DNA of 62,934 bases, filler included, from Phoronis australis (lineage: Eukaryota; Animalia; Phoronida): the NCBI GenBank assembly GCA_002633005.1. It is 7 parts of 7 records of this genome, joined end to end, with 100 filler letters (N's around TTAATTAATTAA, not from the genome) between each part and the next. Parts side by side here need not be neighbours in the genome. Positions count along the whole stretch, not along the records: positions 1 to 2,962 come from NMRA01003304.1; positions 3,063 to 34,948 come from NMRA01000099.1; 5 more parts are not named here. One strand, given 5' to 3'. The notes under the pieces were generated by a model, which was given only the letters and a program-made list of their open reading frames with translations, did no database searches and was not told where the DNA came from. This document shows positions 1-11,021 of this stretch, piece after piece (within the stretch, counting starts at the first letter, position 1; each line of letters starts with the position of its first letter). Position numbers and translations under genes: made by a program.

Positions 1-221
1 TGTCGAACAGTTATCAGTTGATTTATTGTGACATTGATATTATGCCATTACAGGTTTTCTTTGTAATGTTTCCTCGGTGTGAGCGAGCTATGATGTTTTA
101 CAGTAGATATTAAACATTTTACACCAGATGACATTTTACAGCCGGTGATGGAGTGAACTCATAGTACATGTCGTTATCATGTTCAAAGCATATTACAGTC
201 ACTCCTCTGGTAAACTTGCAG

Positions 222-2242
222 GGTTCGCGACTTCAGAAAACCAAAGACAGTAAAGATCTGACGCATCCAGATGAGTCACTGTTCCAACGACTGAGATCCT
301 GCGTCCTTCTCCAGACTCACTACCGCGAATCTGTTCGGGCACTGCGGGAAGCACTAGGGGGCAGTCATGTGCTGTCACATTTCCAATCCATCAGCACGTT
401 GGGAGGTCACGCCAACAGTGATGGGTAGGCCTCAGATTTTACAGCAATAAAAGAAACCACCAGTTTCCCACAGACTGTGCCTTCTCTCAACCATTCAGTT
501 CTGCAAAATTATTCCCAAATTTTTACCAACTTAGGTTTGGCACTTCACTGGGAAACTTCAAACAGACTTTGCTTAGGCATAACACAGTGACACCAAGGAA
601 TTTGTTTCACCAAAAGCCCACCCTTTGTCCTGGAGATTATTAATATCCAACATTTCCTGGTATATAAGTAATAATTTATGCAGTGCACAGCTACCCCTAA
701 GGTCATTAAAAATTATTTCATCAACAGATCCCATCCACCAGGAAGTGTGCACAAGGTACGGACAAGCCAGGCGTCACCATCCAAGAAACCCTCGTCCGTC
801 ATCGGTGACAATCTCGGCCATGGCGTCTCCATCGCTGATGAGGAGGCTGTGATTGGCCACCTGGACAACTTCTGTTCCCGTCTACGGCAGGTCATGGACG
901 TGATTAACACTTTGTCTCAGTACCACAAGATGGCGCTGACAACCGACGGCCTGCCACGCCCTCGCAAGGAGGACTTTATTGTGGAGGAACCGGAGGAAGA
1001 TAAAGAACACTGGAAGCAGAAGAAGAGGAAAGACTCCGATCCAGTTGAACAAAACAATAATAATAAACCAGGTGTGTATTAAGGGAAAGTATGAGTAAGG
1101 GCACTCAAATTGTGGGACAACTTGAAAGTCACTTGGAAGCAGCTGTGCCCAGTTGCATTAACCAGTCCCAAATATTGACTCAACTAAGTTTCCTTCATAT
1201 TGTTGTTCTTTGGTTTTTTGTTTTATCTTCATTTATGAGCTCCTGATTGACTAGTGACATTTCCTACCATTATAACTAAAAATGAGCCTTAAATACCATT
1301 AAAATATTAGATATTAGGTACTTGGTCCTTAAGTTAGGGTCATTTCATAAAAAGACCCCTTTATTACCAATAATATTGAGAATTTAATGTGGCAGAGATC
1401 ATTCTTGATTAAGCCAAAATCTGACTTAGTAGTAAAAACTAAAACAAGATGTAAGAAAAGAAAAACAGTGTTTTCTCAAATCCACCAACACGCAGTAGAT
1501 TCAGGGAGCTTAGCTGAGTCCCTATTTAGGCTCATTGTTTCATGCAACTGGACACTGGGGGAGAACGTAAGGATTAAAATTATGGAGAAATTACTGCAAG
1601 ATTGACTATTGTATCTGAACTGTGAGGATGTAGGTTGGAATGAAATTGCTGTCTAATCGTCCCCAGTCTCTTATTTTGGTGTGTACATTTAACACTCAGT
1701 GACAATTCAAAATTAATATGGCCTGTGCAGTACATTCTGTAAACAATGCAGGGGGTTTGTGATTATTCTTTAAATTGATGAGCAAATCTTTTCCTGTGGT
1801 CATTCATTATGATATTGCTGCATCTCGGTTCATTGATTGTCTTAACTTGATTATTGGACGTTCCTTCTAAATGCTGAATGTCTGGCAATGTTAGGAATTC
1901 AGTTGCGGTATTTTCCGTACTAGTCTCAAATGTTGAGGCTGTCAGAGGTCAGCGAGACTTGTAGTGTTGCAATCATTCTATTCCATCCGTAATGTAGAAC
2001 ATCAAGTTAAACTATTTGCGTTTCACCTATAACGTATTGTACTCCCCCAGTTTCGGATTTCGAGGCTGACATGATAGGAGCGGCCCAGGCCAATGATAGC
2101 CGTAACCTTGTCGCGATAGTTGAACATGAGGAAGGGGTAGCGGATGAAGAGGAGGCTGAGGAAACCAGCAAGGGTCACGCGGATGAGGTGCACCTTATTG
2201 CTGCCAAGACCTCCATGACTATGGAAGATATCAATGTTCTAA
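222..2242 (+). CDS. Three internal exons (222-424, 728-1071, 2051-2242) of a divergent dynein heavy chain-like gene (N-terminal tail region); gene is partial
   Basis: AG/GT sites (ttgcag|, |gtaggc; caacag|, |gtgtgt; ccccag|, |gtatgt) join in consistent phases (GG+A, G+TT) into one open frame. The segment VIGHLDNFCSRLRQVMDVINTLSQY resembles the DHC_N1 tail helix of axonemal dyneins. Confidence 0.7.
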
Positions 2243-2962
2243 GTATGTATACTATGGTGAAGGTTGTATAGAACGTTATCGGCAAGCCTGACTGTGTATT
2301 AAGCCAACATTAACTTGATATTTCTAAGAGTAGAAGATCTGACTGTTAGAATTTGATTTCTTTTTTGCTTATTACCTACTTGCTGTTAAAATGGGTCACA
2401 TGACCATAGTAAAATTTAGCAAAAGGTATCAATGTCATGACTGAACTTCATTTGATACGAATGTTGAAGATGAAATCTCAAAAATGCTGTTACAGTATTC
2501 TAAGTTATACATTCACATTTATTTAACTTTTTGTTGTTTTATTTTCACGAAAATCATAAAAGTCATACAAAAATTTAACACGATATTAGAAACAATATTC
2601 CTTATTGATAGTATTTGGAGACCAGTGCATAAAACATAGTATCTGAAGATTTCACATGAATCCAGTCTGCCATTTCTGGGATATGATTTTGCGCAGTAAG
2701 CGAAATCAATTTGGACATATTTTCTAGGCTGAAAAATAACCTACACTTTAGGACATAGCAGGGCTGCAAAGTGGGATTTTGTTTTGTCAAATTCCTCACC
2801 ACAAGTAAATACTAACTAAAGAAAATTTTGCTTATTAAATACTTTAATTTGTTATTAGCATGAGTGACAACATTTCAGTCTGTTAATTTCAGTGCATTAT
2901 TCTTAGCCATGTAGTAAGCCTTGCAATTATGTTTGTCTCAAATTGAGGATTTTTTTGCATAT

Positions 2963-3062
2963 NNNNNNNNNNNNNNNNNNNNNNNNNNNNNNNNNNNNNN
3001 NNNNNNTTAATTAATTAANNNNNNNNNNNNNNNNNNNNNNNNNNNNNNNNNNNNNNNNNNNN
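2963..3062. other. Artificial contig linker 44N-TTAATTAATTAA-44N
   Basis: Exact 100-bp structure with stops in all six frames; recurs identically six times in the window. Confidence 0.97.
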
Positions 3063-3158
3063 CATTGGAAGAAATTTAGCGGACATTTTTCGTCAAAAAG
3101 TTTACCAGATAGTTTTCATCAAAACGGAGAAAAGAAAAATGGATTTGTGAAGACAGGA

Positions 3159-3380
3159 TTAAGTAGTAGGCCTACCAGAGCCTCTTAAAAAACACCCATC
3201 TTCGAAGTGACGTGAACAAATGTACAAGTTTTTTTTGGAAGAACAACTTCCATTCACGTCGACGCGAGAACATAACTTTTTCTCCCACAGCGGATTTTGG
3301 GGTCTCCATACACTATGGAAGCTAACGCCTCTGCATTTCGCCTGCGTAGCCGAACAACCGGCCACACAGCAGCCGACCAT
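3159..3380 (-). pseudogene. THAP (C2CH) zinc-finger ORF remnant, probably the 5' end of a P-element-like transposase
   Basis: MVGCCVAGC...SFH...W...ICSRHF matches the THAP consensus and stops right after the domain. A candidate terminus CATAGACTATAGTACATGGACC starts at 3530 on the minus strand. Confidence 0.7.
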
Positions 3381-6024
3381 GATTAGCAGACGACGTACTT
3401 GCCGGAAATTACACCAGATAATTTAGCCAGGTGTCGCCAGTGAATAATGACGTAAGGGCTTGTGCGCAAGCTCACAGATTTCGTCCATTGAAAGTATACG
3501 GAGTTGGCGGTCCATGTACTATAGTCTATGATTAGATAGAGTTCTGAGTCTTCTACGGCGTCGAAAAGTATATTGTATTATTTGGCTGGGCACGGCCAAG
3601 CAGACTACAACACAGCCTAACAGGTTCGGCCTATTAACACAGTGTAAGAGTTAAGTCTAGAGTGTACTCACATAACGTCTGTACAGGAAGGCAGCAAACT
3701 CCAGAAGGCCCAACCCAATGAGTTATAATATAGAGACGACACGACCGTACTCGCAAGCCAGGCAGCGCGTGGCACGCGGTCCGCCATATTGATGATGAAC
3801 GCTGTGTAAACAAAAGCACGCTTTTCTTATGGAAGCCGGGGAATTTTTTAAGAATAAAATTTGAAATTTTATATACTAACGAGGTTCTAAAATATTGGTA
3901 ACATAAAGCAATGTAAACCTGAGACCCACGCATTGTTTAAACGGTCATATAAGCCATTGCAAAGACAAAATTCCTAATGTTTTGGCTGAAATTCTCACGG
4001 AGGGCTGCTAGGGCCTGGGAGATTTTGCCGGCTCAGTCGAAAAGACAATCACTGAAATGTATAAAATTTAGAAAATGGCATTATACAGTGATTAACCTTT
4101 TTTGTCGCTATAATTATATAGTACCTATTTTTTCAGTTCCGGTTGTTTATAAACCGACAAGAGGGTCAGTTGCCAAAGGGGCCGCTCTCCGACGAGCCAT
4201 TACAACACTGCATTCCCAAAGTTTTTAATATGGGTCTAAAAATTCCTTGACCCGACGCCACTTGATTTATTCTAACAAAAAGATTTGAGGCATGCGTTCG
4301 TGTGAAACACTTGAATACAAAGTAGAAAAAAAATTAAAGAAACCCATGGAAATCTATGAGCAATATGCGTGCATGTAAAGTCGTGTTATTGTATACAACA
4401 ATTGATCAATGGAACTGTAGTTGTTTGTTTACATGTGCGTATTCGGAATTGAAGTCAGTTTTAGTTATAATAACTGATGTGTTAACATTAAGTATTTCAA
4501 TGAAAAAAGAAGAAAGCACGACACCAAAAACACTCTGTACTGGTTGATAAGGCACACACATATATATAGTGTATACATCGGTTACCCGCGTGTGCCTGTG
4601 AACACCACTGCTTGGGCGACCGAAACCGGAGGTTGACGTATCCATTTGCACAGACCCAATTTCCCGAAAGGTGATTGGAATTGTCTACTTCACGTTATAC
4701 CAAGGAATAATAATTACATTAATATGCAGACGTTTTTCTCAAAAAATAAAACGCATGTAAGGGGTGCTGAGGTGTCTCAAGTAAAATTACTTCAGTGATA
4801 TACGCTACTTTCTTTAATTATCTACTATAACCAGGAAGAGAGAACCACTTCTTGGTATTACTTATCCTAGTACCCAATTCATCTTAGCGAAGCGAACTAG
4901 TAATTTATACAGTTTGAAACGACATGATCTCACAGTTCAAAATATCGTAAAACAACATGACACGCCGCGGAACTAGAGTTTTAAAAAGGCATTCGCATTA
5001 TTACTTTTTACCAATTACTTTTTACCATTATTACTTTTTACTTTTTATTAATTTTTACGCCACTCAATGTACCCCTTTTATGCGACCATGATGTAGGGAA
5101 TCGCCGTTTTTTCTGTCAATAACAAGCACACTTCCACATTATTGGCCATCCGGAAAGAGAAGAACAAGAAAAATTCACACAAAAACAACACATTGAGATA
5201 CTGTAACCATTTCAAACAATAAAGATTCGATTTATTTCAAAATATATTTATTTCCAAATATCACCATCACGCAGTAAAATCACACCGTAACAGTAAAAGA
5301 GAAATGTTTAGCAGGTACAAAGTTACTGTACCGTACTGGTACCATACATGCACTGCACTTCAGCAAAAGTCAGGTTTCAATCAACTCTAAGTTAATCACT
5401 CAATTCAGTTGAATGCGGCATTTACTGGCCCACAATTATGTTACTAGCACATTTATATTGACAACACCCCGCCACAAAATAAATAAAATGACAAAACTCA
5501 ATGGTCGTAAACTCTACCTGCTCTGTCCTACATATCCAGGCATTAATCAGAAGATCACAAATAGGACAGAATACAAAAATGATGATTTTCCTCGAGTAAG
5601 ACAGTTGCAGATTTTAAAAGCTCACCAGGCTACAGAACATTTGTCCCATCTCTTGAAATCTGGAGAAACAACCCATCTAACGTCTCAATATAACCTTGTT
5701 GGGTGTAGCATTCTTGGTGTATCCCTTCCTTCGATCCTGTTCTATTCTTAGTAACGTGGCTATATTAATAAATAGTCGTATTGGGGTCCACTCTGTAAAA
5801 AATGCACAACTATTAATCTTGTAGCCACTTTTTGTGTTTCTTCGTTGCTAGAAAACAACAGATATCTTTATACTAGAAATCAAACTTTATTTTTTTATTT
5901 GTTATGTTTTCCTTTAATTCTGTGCTCAAGCATGCAATGATTTTCTTAGATGATTTTCAAAAAAATCATAGTTTGCATTTGATGATACTAACATAAAAGC
6001 TATGAGTATTTACTTGAAATCTCG

Positions 6025-6332
6025 TGTTGTTACCAATATTGGTTCCTACACTATACACACGCATCTCCACTAATATGGTTCATCAGCAAGATGGCGGACC
6101 ACTCCGCTCAACGAAAACCACGTGACTTCCAACTCTAGTTATATTGATCTCATTGGCCCAGCCGATCTTGTCACGTGGTCTTGACAGGTGACGAGTCACG
6201 TGATAGCAGAGTGACCTCTGCTGGACTCTTCTGGGTGTCAGGTGTCGCACCAGGCCAAGACCAACGTTATTTAACGAAAAGGACTTCACAACATAGGCGC
6301 CACAGCCGAGACTGACGTCGACATTTACTACA
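6025..6332 (-). mobile_element. Putative 3' LTR of an LTR retrotransposon (distal boundary uncertain)
   Basis: On the minus strand TGTAGT begins directly after a polypurine tract. The region contains a CCAAT motif followed by TATAA, repeated CACGTG motifs, and a candidate ACAACA end at 6025. Confidence 0.65.
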
Positions 6333-6346
6333 TTCCTCCCCTCCCT
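6333..6346 (-). promoter_or_regulatory. Polypurine tract (plus-strand primer site)
   Basis: Minus strand reads AGGGAGGGGAGGAA, immediately followed by the TG of the LTR. Confidence 0.7.
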
Positions 6347-7243
6347 AAAGAAAAGGAGTGGAGCCCTTATAGCAAATGGCGAACGTCAATCCCAACATCT
6401 AAACATAAACCCTTGACTAAGAAATCAGTAACAAGAACTTAAACCCTATAACTAAAATGATGTGGAATGACCCTAGTAAAGTACGAATTTCTGATTATGA
6501 ATATTCTGAATAAATTTAAATATAACTATTCTCCCCCCTACCAAAAAAGACAAAAACTAAAGAGACACACAGTCATTGCATATATCCAACGGAGTAGTCG
6601 ACCGTGACTAAAAAAAGAAAAAACAAACAAAAACATGCCCCACTAGCACAAGTACCAGGGAACATGGAAATTCTGAACTATGCTATGACAACACTCTGAT
6701 TGTTTGTGATGACCTGGTGAGAATATATATACATTTAAAAAAAACTAAGAAGGAACTGAACAATGAAAAGCATACTGGCCATAAAATGAGTATTCATTAT
6801 ACTTTAGTAGTGATACACTGAGATATAAAATGACATAGTCTTACATAACATACATAGACTATATGGAAAACATAACTTGATATACAGAAATAGACTATAT
6901 GGCACCAACCAATACATAATACTATAGAAAGTATAGTCTTGGATAATATAAATAGACTATATATATAGTATGGAAACATAACTTATAACAAAAATATATT
7001 ATATAGTTTTAACGAATAAACACTACTATATAAAAATAATCGACCAGTATGTTACTTAATTACTTATAAGTACTTAGAGGACACCACAATTCTCCTAGGA
7101 CCAAGGGTAAGGCACAAACCAAGAGACCCTGATCAGCCTCAGACTTTACAATAACGGGCAATTACACAAGGGACTAGGAGAAAACCTAAGGCATAAGTTA
7201 TGACCCAGGCACACCAGGATGCTATACCACCTCTAACAATTTG

Positions 7244-8080
7244 TTAGAGTTGGTAAAGCCGCCTGGCGTTCCTGGTGGAAGCAGCCAGGATGTCACCCAG
7301 CGAACGACGAGAACGCTGCACCACCTCCATAGCCACTTCCCCCAGGTATTGGGGCTTGCCCAATGGCGAGGTGCGCTGAATCGGACTCCAGGAGGAGTCG
7401 ATTCAGCGGAACCTCTTGTAGCCCGTTATTATTTTGGAACTTTAGGAACCGCTTTACATGTCCGACAAAGCCGAAATGGCAGTTTCTAAAGTACCCCAAC
7501 CACCGGAGTACATCCTCGGGCGCACCTCCAAAACAATGGAGATACAAACCCAAGTCTGCACCACAGTGGCGCTTCAGGTCAAAGACAAAGTCCTGGCCCT
7601 CCAAGACGTGTGGGTTGTCGGGGGACCACGAAGGTGGATCACCACGACTTTATTTTTGAGGCTGGGGAGCTGGCCCGAACCTCCGCAAAGATCCGCACCA
7701 TCTCCTCCAAAGCCTCTTTTTGGATGGCCAAGTCCTCCCGGGCCTCCAGACCAACCTCACCTAAGCCAGCTACAAAAGGGCTCCTTTAGTAGCTGAGGGA
7801 GACGCTCTAGAACACCGGGATTCGTTGTTCTAACCCGTTTGGGGTGGATACCCACCACAGCCTTCCAGCCATGTGGAAAATGGGAAGCCTCGACGTACAC
7901 CCAGTTTTCCATATCGCAGAAAGCTGCAATCCCACCGACCAACCGTAAAGACTTCTGAGAAGCCCGTGGCAGCTGGGCGGTGAGCATTTGGTCGATCGTC
8001 AGCATCCTAGTCTCAGTGAGATGACACTGAGCTAAGGATGCCGACAAGTGATCTAAATGGAAGTGGATATCTATAGCCAA
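7244..8080 (-). pseudogene. TatD-family nuclease domain, about four frameshifts, inside the LTR element
   Basis: Ordered TatD motifs across frames: IDIHFHLD, VVGIHP, GLGEVGLE, VVVIHLR, LHCFGG, RLLLESDS, YLGEV...STRNARRLY, then TAA at 7244-7246. Confidence 0.9.
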
Positions 8081-9377
8081 ATCAGGGACTGGTCTTGATT
8101 TGAACGGCGATGCCCCAGATGAACGTCGACCCTTTAAGGGCCGGCCAGGTGGCTTGCGAGCCTTAGCCGCATACTTCGTCTGAGGGTACGGCGCACCAGC
8201 ATCCCTCAACTCCTGTTTTGGTAGGGTGGCCTACTGCCTCCAATAAAGCAGACGGCCAGCCTGTTGGTAGAGGTTGTTCAGCCAAACACTCCCTTGCTGC
8301 TGTCTAGCAGCAAGTAAAAGTTCAGCAGAACCAGCTCCACCAGAAGAACTTGTGCTAGAGATAGCCACCCCCGAAGATGTGGAGGCCAGTACTCCTTGTC
8401 CCATCACGCTACCCACCGAAGTAGATGGGGTCACGGAACTGGGTGGCACCTGACCCGGAAGTCCTGCGCCACCCGGCCACATGTCTCTGGGCAGCACGGG
8501 TAATACGTGCGGCCAAAGCCGTGGATCCAGGCGGATAGTACGTCAGCTGGCAACCTCGACAATAACACCAGGACAACATACCAGTGGATGCAAGCTTCGG
8601 GGCTGTTGATCCTGGGATCAATCTCAAAGAGAGCCGAGTGAGGCCATCCCATGGCACTACACATGAACCCCATAGACATTAAGTCCATGACGTGCATGCA
8701 TGGTCGCATAGAGGTTGCAGAGATCCAGAAGGTCCCTACACTCTCTTATCTCACGGTCGACCACTAACCTGTAGAGCACCGACAAGGCTTCAAACCTTAT
8801 TCGATGCAGCGCGAGGTCGGCTAAGGTAAACGCATTAGTTACCGTGAAGAGGGCCGGTAAATGATGCGCATACGCATGACGACGTAAATTCTCGTCCTCT
8901 GTGTGGTCTCCGGGAACGTGGAAACCACAAAGAGGGCAAGAAAGGACCTCGCGTTGTCGTGGAGGAGCAGAAAAATCTCCGGACCAGCCTTAGGGCGGGG
9001 TGGAAGACTTCACTGGGCCCCCTTTGAAGATTTTTTGGTTTTTGGGATGTTTCCTCATCTTCCACCTCCATGGGTACAAAGGGTTGAGACTCCGTAGCCA
9101 CAGGGGCGGATGACGGAGGATCATCCAAAATAGAATCATCCAGGTCCGCCTCTGAAGAGAAGGGCATGGAGGGTTCCTGAGGTACTGGAGCTTCTCCTTC
9201 CACAGAAGTCGATTGTCCACTACCCAAAGATGGCGTCGGCACCGGCATACCCTCGTCCTGGGGACGGGCACGACGGCGACGGTCGCTTCAACTGTTATCT
9301 GACTGGGGGCATTAGCATTGCCCCTGAAGACTGGCAGATCGGGGTTTTCCTTAAGCCGTACATCTTGACAAGAGAAC
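8081..9377 (-). pseudogene. N-terminal part of the TatD-fusion gene: acidic/Pro-Ser-rich region, C2H2 zinc finger, helical domain with INSPEACIHW, low-complexity linker
   Basis: GC-rich coding-like sequence contiguous with TatD. CPLCGFHVPGDHTEDENLRRHAYAHHLP at ~8855-8938. Several frameshifts and stops. Begins after a splice acceptor tttttatttatag| at 9378. Confidence 0.65.
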
Positions 9378-9397
9378 CTATAAATAAAAACATGTAA

Positions 9398-9502
9398 TCA
9401 TGATAAGTAAGACCGCCTAGCGGGCTTGCACAGAGGGCAATGATATTTGTCGATGGTAGCCGCTACCTCACTGTTGATTCCGACACAACTACCATGACAC
9501 CA
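9398..9502 (-). pseudogene. C-terminal half of a PHD finger, truncated by a LINE tail
   Basis: WCHGSCVGINSEVAATIDKYHCPLC matches the PHD pattern W-x-H-x2-C...Y-x-C-P-x-C. Confidence 0.8.
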
Positions 9503-10039
9503 TTTTTTCAAGTGATATATATTTATTGAAGAATACACAGAACATACAAAGAAATAATAACAAACCCAGAAACCGCTAAGCATTATATCTGGGTTGTTAA
9601 CAATTCATAAATGAAACTAATATACATAGAGGTATATACAATTAAGTAGTATCTAAAATAAGTATTCCAATACTTAGATATGCAATTACAGATATATAAA
9701 AACAAAATTATGTACAGATTCATGTAGGGAAATCAGATGCAACAATATTGATAAACTGTACATAAAAATTTACTAACATTGCGTAGGAGGAATTCGTTGA
9801 GAACGAAGTCAAGGTTAGGACTACCATTCAATAATAATGTAACTCCAGAACGGATATTATTACAAGAATTGAGAGCGTTAACAATTGATTGGTTTTCATT
9901 GAGTGCACGAAAGAGCGAGTCTCTCAGGTATTCGATGAGGGGACATTTGAAGAAAATATGAGGATAAGATTGATGGTCACCACATTTACAGTTTGGAGAG
10001 ACATTACTAAAGTTGTGCCTGAACTTGTCATAGTTGAGG
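9503..10039 (-). mobile_element. 3' end of a non-LTR retrotransposon (ORF2 C-terminal CCHC region, 3'UTR, short A tail)
   Basis: Frame LNYDKFRHNFSNVSPNCKCGDHQSYPHIFFKCP...LLNGSPNL ending in TGA at 9733-9735; AATAAA at 9522-9527; A6 at 9503-9508. Confidence 0.75.
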
Positions 10040-10040
10040 N

Positions 10041-10911
10041 AAATGTTGAATTTATTAATTAACCCCGGTAATTAAAAGTATACGGATGAAAAAAGATTTA
10101 AATGTGTGCAGTTTTAGTGTTGGGGGGGGGGGGCTCAAATTCAATTTCAAGTGTCAAATTCGGAACACGGCGCATTCGTAAGGGAACTATGGCTAAGTAT
10201 AGGCTCTCCCGTGATATCCCAGGCGACCGGCAGTAGCGCTGCACACTTCGACTCCGTTTCTGTCGTCTGCTCCACTGTGCAATGAAGAAAATTTACTTCA
10301 TTTTTTAAAGAAGATGGAACCTGAGTGACGATGAAAAAACAGAAGCTGCTGGTAAGATGTGAATTTTAATCGAAGCCTTAGTGAATCACTCAGAAACTCG
10401 CAATTTATACTCTCTTTGTCAAACCTTATCTTAAAACGATTTCCAAAACAATCCCGTCATTATTGCCAACACGAAAAACGGATTTGGTCTTTTGGGCATT
10501 TGAAGACTATTTTAAATACTACAAATTTGTTAAGAATTGATGGCACAAAATATAAAACGTGTAATAACCATTACAAAAAGAAGTAGGTTTCGCGCGCAAA
10601 CGCTGTGGACCATAAACAAGTAGGTCTCTTAGTAGGACATTAGTAGTTAAATCGCGGTGGTGTAGTGGTAACGTACGCGCGCTCTATTCTCCAGGTCGTG
10701 AGTTCGAGTCATTGATACGTGCAGTTTTTCCTGTTTGACACGTTCTCCGTTTTTTTTTGCCTTTTTTTCTTGGATATTACTTCAGGAATCAAGGAAAATG
10801 CTTGATTTTTAGAGGTAAAAACAGAAAAATTTCCTGGGCGGGAGGGGCGCAAATGCTTACAGCCGGACAAAATGTTGGGCACCCCCTTGTGATATCCTAG
10901 ATCCGCTACTG
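10041..10911 (+). mobile_element. Non-autonomous hAT-like DNA transposon, copy 1 (left end cut at the N at 10040)
   Basis: About 600 bp shared with 22335-22975. Right terminus CCTAGATCCGCTACTG is an imperfect inverse of the CATAGGCGGATTTAGG start of copy 2. Confidence 0.65.
10653..10715 (+). ncRNA. tRNA-derived pol III promoter remnant (A and B boxes) inside the DNA transposon
   Basis: TGGTGTAGTGG (A box) and GTTCGAGTC (B box) at tRNA-like spacing; cloverleaf stems do not pair. Confidence 0.55.
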
Positions 10912-11021
10912 CATGGATACTACGTCTGGTTTTTCGTCGACAAGATACTCTATTAGAGTTTGCCGTTTACCTCTCGCCCCATTGAGGTTAGTAGTAGTAG
11001 TAGTAGTATCATTCACGTTAA

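Noticed and set aside
5620-5795. Possible minus-strand exon with AG/GT ends
   Set aside because: All three frames contain stops and no recognisable domain
7241-7796. Plus-strand ORFs overlapping TatD
   Set aside because: Antisense shadows of the GC-rich minus-strand coding sequence; no motifs
7244-8209. TatD as a bacterial contaminant or the host TATDN gene
   Set aside because: It is frameshifted, fused to a C2H2 finger, lies between a PHD fragment and a PPT/LTR, and is on the same piece as an animal GPCR; no operon context and no exon structure
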